This document shows positions 10,901-20,100 of a stretch of DNA of 64,000 bases, piece by piece. Made by a program: the position numbers and the translations under genes. Numbering within the stretch: the stretch's first letter is position 1; every line of letters starts with the position of its first letter. The DNA is from Giardia intestinalis (lineage: Eukaryota): NCBI GenBank assembly GCA_000002435.2, contig CM018793.1, one strand, 5' to 3'. Under the pieces are notes generated by a model. It ran no database searches, was not told the DNA's origin, and saw only the letters and a list, made by a program, of their open reading frames with translations.

Positions 10901-11146
10901 AAGGTCACTAAGCTGACTACGGACCTCATTGAGAAGATTGTTGTGTTTTTCTTCATGATAACCTCGAGCCTTTGCGTCTCCGCCCTGGGTCAGAGCAGGG
11001 TTCCGATAACTAATCCCCGGGGCCTCAGAGTCTTTAGAAGAAGCGTTCGACTGCGATAATTCACTGACGCTATCCTGCATCTGCCTTTTCTGTTTTTTCC
11101 CCAGCAGGAATAGTCCGTATGACGGGGGAACCTGCTGTTTATCCAT
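1997..11146 (-). CDS. Giant (3049 aa) low-complexity Ser/Thr/Asn/Pro/Gln-rich hypothetical protein.
   Basis: One uninterrupted 9.15-kb ORF with an ATG at 11144-11146. An AT-rich tract lies immediately 5' of the ATG on the coding strand. No long ORF competes with it on the opposite strand. Confidence 0.7.
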   Translation of the reverse strand: MDKQQVPPSYGLFLLGKKQKRQMQDSVSELSQSNASSKDSEAPGISYRNPALTQGGDAKARGYHEEKHNNLLNEVRSQLSDLRDLLSSSKGSEFHEASAESSDLRITDEQLAQMAPGERALFLQRLPDLQNELFSEGISSSMSVGDAVDGAVPGKRFQPPAPIARQAMPTPTTTAAAKTAQADALPLQASKGAPPRVTRLQAGTPNQSQLGKGYMSSASTRTPASSSFAAGDDSRRSATEQPRVVSIQRANLEVDNTASIPHDIETSVESDFSTSDITDVIEANVVLPPRLPQLAPAMNQRSTSSKRAKTPSEPRTVIQRVKPEIDDIVLPPPESNAPCDSEVDPDEYDATLTVHRRPQSAGGGLTGSNKDNSYNSAYAKSSFQAQNRLDDSDHSDLNILSSNATLLYTKQPRAAPKGTPAAIYNKNMAAPLGQDYTNESYDNGVTSEANHGTGLRSNAGRGVLRSPRNERQASRTRSTRQQSNSSPGSFDDDIVNSVHAAASNFVRLPKQSKQALTLPEDSEPMLADIMTIPESTVLYNPRQHASAFGKHSADAGDRPFAGRKPRGSMPGGVDDGASYEHYDDAYGHTNVLSIQREPLLRSKPQKDIGKDVSNASKHANTSMPGSSGYYGEDISVEDDIQETKLFISAADAGRSRLVSDKSIGEKKHKRQHQGPNHTIVTQLAQYETKSREQMMQYESDEDHSSSDPEVTISKLVYPKLTPAEQEKLRRLAEVRSKQPKAHIPDVHVYGRPKGNELELEDVDPLKQKDAAPATASTTNVDSSYLYSNVTPYYQYKRQLTKSISQGLMKAKDMKNSVSDDTPAQEVTQFVNSKYVEMARAVGMTDPSLLQGDVAKSYVKGAPLSNALHIRSDMTLGDIARSGRKFVVARKEEATPADLSRATATGRDGYAQKDDSSDSEPQYEDMTILPAAEPYYGLPQPDFESFNHSIQSMRQSLLMRSSNTQSTSLTENQLDDRITRAKEAIRAAERQNGLSPSVLTTGSLSTNWAQAASPTTYMPQVISPAAHPRVRPTSRSHPPIPEPPLPGSLSEGGQISQATVQRMNTMSDMVMPDRTTSASSTSSGASGTLMQQLQKYGTIDPKVGVQSASGIPRSNKAQVTPRTPGAASQNSRGSRPGQPQSSGRPGSMSGPRPSKRMYLQAPTQDPDNVVEAVALAEYILAQSRVSIDGSDCPNNMLAILSDLELPSSQQLRNLKGVLNTVRELNVSYDYKLNAPFQTCCQQSVEVSSLSRAPLKPPSSDCPYLYCTTNYQLCNAINIPDVAKDYSATIDMIAHDAPPVHTAQHDIVLGCSSFPAEPIPNRSGSVMKLDLTLPSISIQLQPSVLENEETSLTSSSDTDVEFAAPEYMLRSQMLTRTPSHTLIADTRTLELDRLSCALRECQPCTRPLLLETQVNAIWNFSNDAFSDTLIDNSDSIIEAWPAPTFFLTDLRIKHMQAIPVTTQPERNNLGSLTHNRRSSLQYYKNAQLLLYGFVPDESRGVSILQSWQQKVDLANSATSLVAPDLTQEEEDTVNLRNCEQPSIEGGIDHLAPQTSVSKDSFLGDIRHLPNSSPVPDVQLDNLTSSCIQCELSASNGESIDVDMLTTTSVMHNLAKSTVRPIVADSNEVDISLVETLRPPIEIETQLAHPFRLPRELTLQQDTLSSSCANSPREEICVTTTEMQIPQVVDQSHRKESASEPTLTMPFAISTIPLYTMNPAKTEATRHLYGHPHWQFPDDSVVFQAPKQYANREFAIQNNINQSDDIFEASVEAELTLKYVQQSLDSACLNMVSVPADPYLLFRQPIATCTAAKEYVSKEIHRTCTDEAITAIPIYSINKTRAHIIRVTSGQRDLVTAGEKSITYLTRAIDAELIRHDDDQQCFEIDLPFIRKARSNFSHGVVDNLHSDVIAMHDVIVKAQPSKTNIHEPSDNSYGPIHALSKLEVVHDNFNTCNLTRSKSAYVELSRHVCTKEVINPRIDCPRSLDGISIRSSSVSRSYTHNSDYPNIRITRLGNRDPKLCDSIAPVSTLNTQKSYMLKALNDVDETCLEITVPKRAYHKDATPPIEQHMLSNYTRIMSQPTMNLPKESKGSSPQEGRAMPLYTLECQNTSIEQSVTRATSINDQRSNNHDYTTSMYKDCIGIEDCTIEKESIMLNLRTRSELIPLTNREPSGTPYSDPVDDDGVQSYVHAIQQDNVISSDSIKPHTKQPFEDLHEASSDAPLAKLHTWIGPAFKLPTNTQKSGASLTEASANNSYTSFLSVEGPSLPLRFDFSKPDYTVSIATLDETLENTHTGKASTILKYTNFDTPSTIPSTLLANEMTFQTPEAMAERASTNLLLYPQQTLLLREPLTEQEPGDAGSVIRTNLLSSPIESEPQQLYPQSNFYIKQTTDPLNESVIAQECKKTDFVRSYVKIKPIHQEIVEDEEVVPLSVATRHGKQHIAKAFTSIGQNSRPVLSQPSTSVGTGSVPLSASVSSSVSELLGQINTAIAVSKDTMARTVSSQDKPPVFIVASSESGIELPTILEHGLPQPSVDAERNQSISEPKDVKQSISIIQSERQINTKTAKTTSIEPVAVPNSDAALPPPFPQSYKAAVIDRAIETRGPYLLKKTTAEKNTLAKEVAYSIRRLPPNTSEEPSSGSTHVIQEEPIIDASPSSELNSLQRDPKYSHSSRMRPITSHSNSAVCPDLAASVPNGDCPPKRTHGLQQTPDTCPEHLSAILQALQSLVDISRNNMLFAQACNDSQKHAIDPLLWQEYVKQLEFLTTSIKLSSETVLDLKIAFQTLNDKLVDQLTSDIKSDLLVSGQATPDITSATKDDTPSLPSVVPASEEPRSPLTAGAKAELDYQSAPSAPLDRLEELQRLYRELSASKDVIDKYAHILNSPTGSTNPASRTSSVSAPSNIDEPFQFTRPISESGMNKLNDYKPASRESLEDAPNHPMWHEPVQNIAPLKNATPKPQSLSAPVPLKPKREICLPVMSTNLIAKIKREAKRRKEISEDALVRSRTLGPYLRQITYTESSIANHITFAVFNDIMDSITTECVESIKKLMGLN

Positions 11147-11193
11147 TCTAATTTTAAACGATCAAAATTTGAAAGTTTATATGGGCTAATATT

Positions 11194-14100
11194 TCAAGCA
11201 TTTTGTGCTTTTTGAAGTTCTGCAATAATGCAATCCTTTTCTGCAAGCTCTCTTTTGAGCATGGAGAGCTCCGCTTTGAGACTGACAGCTTCTGGACTTG
11301 TCAAGTATGAATCTTTTCCATCAAGGCTAAGCTCTGCCTCTCTCGCCTTTGCATAGAGATCATTTTTCAATCCAGACAAATGTTGCAAAGATGTATTGAT
11401 GCGAGCATCTGAAATAGATGCATCTAACGCGAAGTTAATATTATTTTCATGAAGGATATTCCTCAATCTAACAAGCTCACTATTTTTCTCTATGTTAGCC
11501 TCTCTAAGCTTAGTCAGTGCATGCTCAAGTTGACCGACTGCAGTTATCACGCGGGCCAATTCATCTTCTGTATAGTGAAGATCATCGGTAAGCTTTTGTA
11601 CCTCGTCGCGTAGGGCGAGGGTTTCCTCACCGGGATCACTGTTGTAGGTCCAGTCAAAGCGCTCGTTCAGCGCGTCCTTATATTCCAGTATCTTATTATC
11701 CTTTGCTTGAATGCGCTCTTCTAATATTGCAATCTCTTCTTTGAGGCGAGAAATTTCAGAGATCTTCCGTTCGACTTCAGCATTGCGAGAATTAAGCAGA
11801 AGGACAAGATTATCAACAGACTGCGATACTGTTTCATCATGAAGCTTGAGATCTTTATGGGCAAGGCTTTGAAGCCTGTCTATCTCATGTTTCAAAATGG
11901 CTAACTCTTCAGTTAATGCCGCAGAGTCAATCTTTGAGTCTAAAGACGAAAGTATTGCACTTGACTTAATAAGCCCATTCAAAAACTCCTTCCCTGTTTC
12001 AAAAGTATGGACAACAGTATTTGTTTGTGACGCGACAAGCGTCTGCTGGAGTTGGATGATCTCCTCTTGGTGCTGGCGAATCGCTTGTCGAAGATCTGGG
12101 ATGGTATCCTGCATCTCGCGGATCTGGGCCTTGGCGTCGTTCATGGCTCCGAGGTTTTCGGTCAGGGCAGAGACCCTGTCCTCAGCGGCGGCGAGCTGGG
12201 CGCGGGCGGTCTGCAGGGCGTCCTGGGCCTCCGCCAGCTGAGCCGCGAGGGCATCTCGCTCGGCCTCCAGATTCTTGTGCTCGGCCTCCAGAGCTGCGGC
12301 CTCGTCGAGGGCCTTATCGAGGGCCGCACGGGCCTCATCGCGCTCGGCCTCTGCAGCACGCACGTCGGCCTCAAGGCGGCGGATGGCCTCGTCGCCGCCC
12401 TGCGCCTGCTGTGCCTTGGCGCGGAACTTCTCGGCGGCATCGGCGAGGGCCTCTGTGCCTGCTGCTGCGTGTGCCTCGAGCTCGGCGATTTTGGCGCGGG
12501 CGTCGGCAAGCCTTTCTTCGGCGGCCTTGGCCTGAGCCTCCAGCTCTGCAGCGCGCTCTGCAAGCGCCTCTGCGTCGCGAGCACGCACGGCATCTTCGGC
12601 CGCCTGCTCGCGGAGGCGCGCCAGCTCCTCGGAGAGATCCTCGAGCTGGGCCGCCTTGAGCTGGGCGTCTTCCTGGTGGGCGGCGGCCTGCTCGCGCGCT
12701 TCACGGAGCGCCGCTGCGTTCTCGGCTGCGTCGCGGCGGAGGGCTGCAAGCTCCTGCTGAAGCTGCTGCGCGGCGTCGCCGTGGTCGGCAATCCCGTCGA
12801 TCGCCTCTGCAAGCGCCTTCTCGCGGGCCTCGAGCTTGTCTGTAAGGGCGGCGCTTTCGTCTTCGAGGCGACGGATCCTGTTCTGGGCGTCCTCGAGCGC
12901 GCCGTCTGTAGCGCTTCTTTTGAGGTCCATGGCAGTAAGCTGGCGCTCGCGGTCCCGGACCTCCTCTGCTCGCGCTTCGGCCTTGCGGCCCAGCGATTGA
13001 AGGGCACTCTCCAGCTCGTCGACGCGGTTGCGCAGCCGTGCCGTCTTGGCGGCGCTTTCTTCTGCTTGCTCTGCCCTTGCGGCTGCCTCGTCCTCCAGGG
13101 CTTGAATCCGCGTTCTGGCGGCCTCGACACTGGCCGTTGTTCGGGAAAGTTCGTCACTCAGCTGGCCGATCTCCTTGTCCTTTGCATCAAGGGTGGCATG
13201 GAGGTCATCTCGCTCGGCCTCGAGTTGAACGATGCGCTCTGCAGCGCCTTCATTGTCTTGCGCACGTAGTTGTTGAAGCTCGCGCTCGCGGTTGTCTGCC
13301 TCCTCGCGAAGTCTTTCTGCCTCATTCCGGAGCATGTCAAGCGCCACTGTCTTCTCATCGAGCTCGCCCTGCTTTTGCTCCAGCTCCTTCCTAAGAGTTC
13401 CAAGCTCCATTTCCTGCATCCCTGCATCTATCTGCTTGCTCTTGAGCTCTGACAAATAATCTTCGAGCATTTGGGTGCGCTCCTTCGAATCGGAAGCCTG
13501 CTGCTCGAGATGAGAAAGTGCATCAATCTTGTCGTGTGCTTCCTGGAGCTCGCGACGAAGCTCAGCGATTTCGTCTGCCTGACGCTGTGCTAAAGTGTCT
13601 TTATCTCTGGCTGCTTCTTCTAAATAGTGGACCTGGGCCTTGGCGTCGTTCATGGCTCCGAGGTTTTCGGTCAGGGCAGAGACCCTGTCCTCAGCGGCGG
13701 CGAGCTGGGCGCGGGCGGTCTGCAGGGCGTCCTGGGCCTCCGCCAGCTGAGCCGCGAGGGCATCTCGCTCGGCCTCCAGATTCTTGTGCTCGGCCTCCAG
13801 AGCTGCGGCCTCGTCGAGGGCCTTATCGAGGGCCGCACGGGCCTCATCGCGCTCGGCCTCTGCAGCACGCACGTCGGCCTCAAGGCGGCGGATGGCCTCG
13901 TCGCCGCCCTGCGCCTGCTGTGCCTTGGCGCGGAACTTCTCGGCGGCATCGGCGAGGGCCTCTGTGCCTGCTGCTGCGTGTGCCTCGAGCTCGACGATTT
14001 TGGCGCGGGCGTCGGCAAGCCTTTCTTCGGCGGCCTTGGCCTGAGCCTCCAGCTCTGCAGCGCGCTCTGCAAGCGCCTCTGCGTCGCGAGCACGCACGGC

Positions 14101-17100
14101 ATCTTCGGCCGCCTGCTCGCGGAGGCGCGCCAGCTCCTCGGAGAGATCCTCGAGCTGGGCCGCCTTGAGCTGGGCGTCTTCCTGGTGGGCGGCGGCCTGC
14201 TCGCGCGCTTCACGGAGCGCCGCTGCGTTCTCGGCTGCGTCGCGGCGGAGGGCTGCAAGCTCCTGCTGAAGCTGCTGCGCGGCGTCGCCGTGGTCGGCAA
14301 TCCCGTCGATCGCCTCTGCAAGCGCCTTCTCGCGGGCCTCGAGCTTGTCTGTAAGGGCGGCGCTTTCGTCTTCGAGGCGACGGATCCTGTTCTGGGCGTC
14401 CTCGAGCGCGCCGTCTGTAGCGCTTCTTTTGAGGTCCATGGCAGTAAGCTGGCGCTCGCGGTCCCGGACCTCCTCTGCTCGCGCTTCGGCCTTGCGGCCC
14501 AGCGATTGAAGGGCACTCTCCAGCTCGTCGACGCGGTTGCGCAGCCGTGCCGTCTTGGCGGCGCTTTCTTCTGCTTGCTCTGCCCTTGCGGCTGCCTCGT
14601 CCTCCAGGGCTTGAATCCGCGTTCTGGCGGCCTCGACACTGGCCGTTGTTCGGGAAAGTTCGTCACTCAGCTGGCCGATCTCCTTGTCCTTTGCATCAAG
14701 GGTGGCATGGAGGTCATCTCGCTCGGCCTCGAGTTGAACGATGCGCTCTGCAGCGCCTTCATTGTCTTGCGCACGTAGTTGTTGAAGCTCGCGCTCGCGG
14801 TTGTCTGCCTCCTCGCGAAGTCTTTCTGCCTCATTCCGGAGCATGTCAAGCGCCACTGTCTTCTCATCGAGCTCGCCCTGCTTTTGCTCCAGCTCCTTCC
14901 TAAGAGTTCCAAGCTCCATTTCCTGCATCCCTGCATCTATCTGCTTGCTCTTGAGCTCTGACAAATAATCTTCGAGCATTTGGGTGCGCTCCTTCGAATC
15001 GGAAGCCTGCTGCTCGAGATGAGAAAGTGCATCAATCTTGTCGTGTGCTTCCTGGAGCTCGCGACGAAGCTCAGCGATTTCGTCTGCCTGACGCTGTGCT
15101 AAAGTGTCTTTATCTCTGGCTGCTTCTTCTAAATAGTGGACCTGGGCCTTGGCGTCGTTCATGGCTCCGAGGTTTTCGGTCAGGGCAGAGACCCTGTCCT
15201 CAGCGGCGGCGAGCTGGGCGCGGGCGGTCTGCAGGGCGTCCTGGGCCTCCGCCAGCTGAGCCGCGAGGGCATCTCGCTCGGCCTCCAGATTCTTGTGCTC
15301 GGCCTCCAGAGCTGCGGCCTCGTCGAGGGCCTTATCGAGGGCCGCACGGGCCTCATCGCGCTCGGCCTCTGCAGCACGCACGTCGGCCTCAAGGCGGCGG
15401 ATGGCCTCGTCGCCGCCCTGCGCCTGCTGTGCCTTGGCGCGGAACTTCTCGGCGGCATCGGCGAGGGCCTCTGTGCCTGCTGCTGCGTGTGCCTCGAGCT
15501 CGGCGATTTTGGCGCGGGCGTCGGCAAGCCTTTCTTCGGCGGCCTTGGCCTGAGCCTCCAGCTCTGCAGCGCGCTCTGCAAGCGCCTCTGCGTCGCGAGC
15601 ACGCACGGCATCTTCGGCCGCCTGCTCGCGGAGGCGCGCCAGCTCCTCGGAGAGATCCTCGAGCTGGGCCGCCTTGAGCTGGGCGTCTTCCTGGTGGGCG
15701 GCGGCCTGCTCGCGCGCTTCACGGAGCGCCGCTGCGTTCTCGGCTGCGTCGCGGCGGAGGGCTGCAAGCTCCTGCTGAAGCTGCTGCGCGGCGTCGCCGT
15801 GGTCGGCAATCCCGTCGATCGCCTCTGCAAGCGCCTTCTCGCGGGCCTCGAGCTTGTCTGTAAGGGCGGCGCTTTCGTCTTCGAGGCGACGGATCCTGTT
15901 CTGGGCGTCCTCGAGCGCGCCGTCTGTAGCGCTTCTTTTGAGGTCCATGGCAGTAAGCTGGCGCTCGCGGTCCCGGACCTCCTCTGCTCGCGCTTCGGCC
16001 TTGCGGCCCAGCGATTGAAGGGCACTCTCCAGCTCGTCGACGCGGTTGCGCAGCCGTGCCGTCTTGGCGGCGCTTTCTTCTGCTTGCTCTGCCCTTGCGG
16101 CTGCCTCGTCCTCCAGGGCTTGAATCCGCGTTCTGGCGGCCTCGACACTGGCCGTTGTTCGGGAAAGTTCGTCACTCAGCTGGCCGATCTCCTTGTCCTT
16201 TGCATCAAGGGTGGCATGGAGGTCATCTCGCTCGGCCTCGAGTTGAACGATGCGCTCTGCAGCGCCTTCATTGTCTTGCGCACGTAGTTGTTGAAGCTCG
16301 CGCTCGCGGTTGTCTGCCTCCTCGCGAAGTCTTTCTGCCTCATTCCGGAGCATGTCAAGCGCCACTGTCTTCTCATCGAGCTCGCCCTGCTTTTGCTCCA
16401 GCTCCTTCCTAAGAGTTCCAAGCTCCATTTCCTGCATCCCTGCATCTATCTGCTTGCTCTTGAGCTCTGACAAATAATCTTCGAGCATTTGGGTGCGCTC
16501 CTTCGAATCGGAAGCCTGCTGCTCGAGATGAGAAAGTGCATCAATCTTGTCGTGTGCTTCCTGGAGCTCGCGACGAAGCTCAGCGATTTCGTCTGCCTGA
16601 CGCTGTGCTAAAGTGTCTTTATCTCTGGCTGCTTCTTCTAAATAGTGGACCTGGGCCTTGGCGTCGTTCATGGCTCCGAGGTTTTCGGTCAGGGCAGAGA
16701 CCCTGTCCTCAGCGGCGGCGAGCTGGGCGCGGGCGGTCTGCAGGGCGTCCTGGGCCTCCGCCAGCTGAGCCGCGAGGGCATCTCGCTCGGCCTCCAGATT
16801 CTTGTGCTCGGCCTCCAGAGCTGCGGCCTCGTCGAGGGCCTTATCGAGGGCCGCACGGGCCTCATCGCGCTCGGCCTCTGCAGCACGCACGTCGGCCTCA
16901 AGGCGGCGGATGGCCTCGTCGCCGCCCTGCGCCTGCTGTGCCTTGGCGCGGAACTTCTCGGCGGCATCGGCGAGGGCCTCTGTGCCTGCTGCTGCGTGTG
17001 CCTCGAGCTCGGCGATTTTGGCGCGGGCGTCGGCAAGCCTTTCTTCGGCGGCCTTGGCCTGAGCCTCCAGCTCTGCAGCGCGCTCTGCAAGCGCCTCTGC

Positions 17101-20100
17101 GTCGCGAGCACGCACGGCATCTTCGGCCGCCTGCTCGCGGAGGCGCGCCAGCTCCTCGGAGAGATCCTCGAGCTGGGCCGCCTTGAGCTGGGCGTCTTCC
17201 TGGTGGGCGGCGGCCTGCTCGCGCGCTTCACGGAGCGCCGCTGCGTTCTCGGCTGCGTCGCGGCGGAGGGCTGCAAGCTCCTGCTGAAGCTGCTGCGCGG
17301 CGTCGCCGTGGTCGGCAATCCCGTCGATCGCCTCTGCAAGCGCCTTCTCGCGGGCCTCGAGCTTGTCTGTAAGGGCGGCGCTTTCGTCTTCGAGGCGACG
17401 GATCCTGTTCTGGGCGTCCTCGAGCGCGCCGTCTGTAGCGCTTCTTTTGAGGTCCATGGCAGTAAGCTGGCGCTCGCGGTCCCGGACCTCCTCTGCTCGC
17501 GCTTCGGCCTTGCGGCCCAGCGATTGAAGGGCACTCTCCAGCTCGTCGACGCGGTTGCGCAGCCGTGCCGTCTTGGCGGCGCTTTCTTCTGCTTGCTCTG
17601 CCCTTGCGGCTGCCTCGTCCTCCAGGGCTTGAATCCGCGTTCTGGCGGCCTCGACACTGGCCGTTGTTCGGGAAAGTTCGTCACTCAGCTGGCCGATCTC
17701 CTTGTCCTTTGCATCAAGGGTGGCATGGAGGTCATCTCGCTCGGCCTCGAGTTGAACGATGCGCTCTGCAGCGCCTTCATTGTCTTGCGCACGTAGTTGT
17801 TGAAGCTCGCGCTCGCGGTTGTCTGCCTCCTCGCGAAGTCTTTCTGCCTCATTCCGGAGCATGTCAAGCGCCACTGTCTTCTCATCGAGCTCGCCCTGCT
17901 TTTGCTCCAGCTCCTTCCTAAGAGTTCCAAGCTCCATTTCCTGCATCCCTGCATCTATCTGCTTGCTCTTGAGCTCTGACAAATAATCTTCGAGCATTTG
18001 GGTGCGCTCCTTCGAATCGGAAGCCTGCTGCTCGAGATGAGAAAGTGCATCAATCTTGTCGTGTGCTTCCTGGAGCTCGCGACGAAGCTCAGCGATTTCG
18101 TCTGCCTGACGCTGTGCTAAAGTGTCTTTATCTCTGGCTGCTTCTTCTAAATAGTGGACCTGGGCCTTGGCGTCGTTCATGGCTCCGAGGTTTTCGGTCA
18201 GGGCAGAGACCCTGTCCTCAGCGGCGGCGAGCTGGGCGCGGGCGGTCTGCAGGGCGTCCTGGGCCTCCGCCAGCTGAGCCGCGAGGGCATCTCGCTCGGC
18301 CTCCAGATTCTTGTGCTCGGCCTCCAGAGCTGCGGCCTCGTCGAGGGCCTTATCGAGGGCCGCACGGGCCTCATCGCGCTCGGCCTCTGCAGCACGCACG
18401 TCGGCCTCAAGGCGGCGGATGGCCTCGTCGCCGCCCTGCGCCTGCTGTGCCTTGGCGCGGAACTTCTCGGCGGCATCGGCGAGGGCCTCTGTGCCTGCTG
18501 CTGCGTGTGCCTCGAGCTCGGCGATTTTGGCGCGGGCGTCGGCAAGCCTTTCTTCGGCGGCCTTGGCCTGAGCCTCCAGCTCTGCAGCGCGCTCTGCAAG
18601 CGCCTCTGCGTCGCGAGCACGCACGGCATCTTCGGCCGCCTGCTCGCGGAGGCGCGCCAGCTCCTCGGAGAGATCCTCGAGCTGGGCCGCCTTGAGCTGG
18701 GCGTCTTCCTGGTGGGCGGCGGCCTGCTCGCGCGCTTCACGGAGCGCCGCTGCGTTCTCGGCTGCGTCGCGGCGGAGGGCTGCAAGCTCCTGCTGAAGCT
18801 GCTGCGCGGCGTCGCCGTGGTCGGCAATCCCGTCGATCGCCTCTGCAAGCGCCTTCTCGCGGGCCTCGAGCTTGTCTGTAAGGGCGGCGCTTTCGTCTTC
18901 GAGGCGACGGATCCTGTTCTGGGCGTCCTCGAGCGCGCCGTCTGTAGCGCTTCTTTTGAGGTCCATGGCAGTAAGCTGGCGCTCGCGGTCCCGGACCTCC
19001 TCTGCTCGCGCTTCGGCCTTGCGGCCCAGCGATTGAAGGGCACTCTCCAGCTCGTCGACGCGGTTGCGCAGCCGTGCCGTCTTGGCGGCGCTTTCTTCTG
19101 CTTGCTCTGCCCTTGCGGCTGCCTCGTCCTCCAGGGCTTGAATCCGCGTTCTGGCGGCCTCGACACTGGCCGTTGTTCGGGAAAGTTCGTCACTCAGCTG
19201 GCCGATCTCCTTGTCCTTTGCATCAAGGGTGGCATGGAGGTCATCTCGCTCGGCCTCGAGTTGAACGATGCGCTCTGCAGCGCCTTCATTGTCTTGCGCA
19301 CGTAGTTGTTGAAGCTCGCGCTCGCGGTTGTCTGCCTCCTCGCGAAGTCTTTCTGCCTCATTCCGGAGCATGTCAAGCGCCACTGTCTTCTCATCGAGCT
19401 CGCCCTGCTTTTGCTCCAGCTCCTTCCTAAGAGCGCTTGCTTCAATAGTATAAATTTGAGTATCTGACATCTGTGATTTAAGCTCACTAACAAAATCTTC
19501 CAACCGTTGAGTACGTTCTTTGGAATCGTTCGCTCTTTCCTCTGATGCCTTATTTAATTTTTTCAGGTCTGCTACCTCTGTCAAAAGTTCCTTTTTGTCG
19601 CGCTCGAGTTGAGCCACGCGATCAACAAGATCTTGAGATTCCTCTGCCTCTAGTTTCATAGTGGCAATTTCATCCATTTGTGCATTTAAGTTATCCAATA
19701 GCTCCGCCATCTGAATTTCATTGGCTTGTGCCTCATGGGTTCGTCTGGCAAATTCCATCTGGGACGCGACAAGCGTCTGCTGGAGTTGGATGATCTCCTC
19801 TTGGTGCTGGCGAATCGCTTGTCGAAGATCTGGGATGGTATCCTGCATCTCGCGGATCTGGGCCTTGGCGTCGTTCATGGCTCCGAGGTTTTCGGTCAGG
19901 GCAGAGACCCTGTCCTCAGCGGCGGCGAGCTGGGCGCGGGCGGTCTGCAGGGCGTCCTGGGCCTCCGCCAGCTGAGCCGCGAGGGCATCTCGCTCGGCCT
20001 CCAGATTCTTGTGCTCGGCCTCCAGAGCTGCGGCCTCGTCGAGGGCCTTATCGAGGGCCGCACGGGCCTCATCGCGCTCGGCCTCTGCAGCACGCACGTC

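Noticed and set aside
2139-10956. Plus-strand ORFs of 60-162 aa inside the 3049-aa gene, for example 6009..6497 and 7874..8254.
   Set aside because: They are antisense to one long continuous ORF, short, and compositionally odd. They are most likely spurious.
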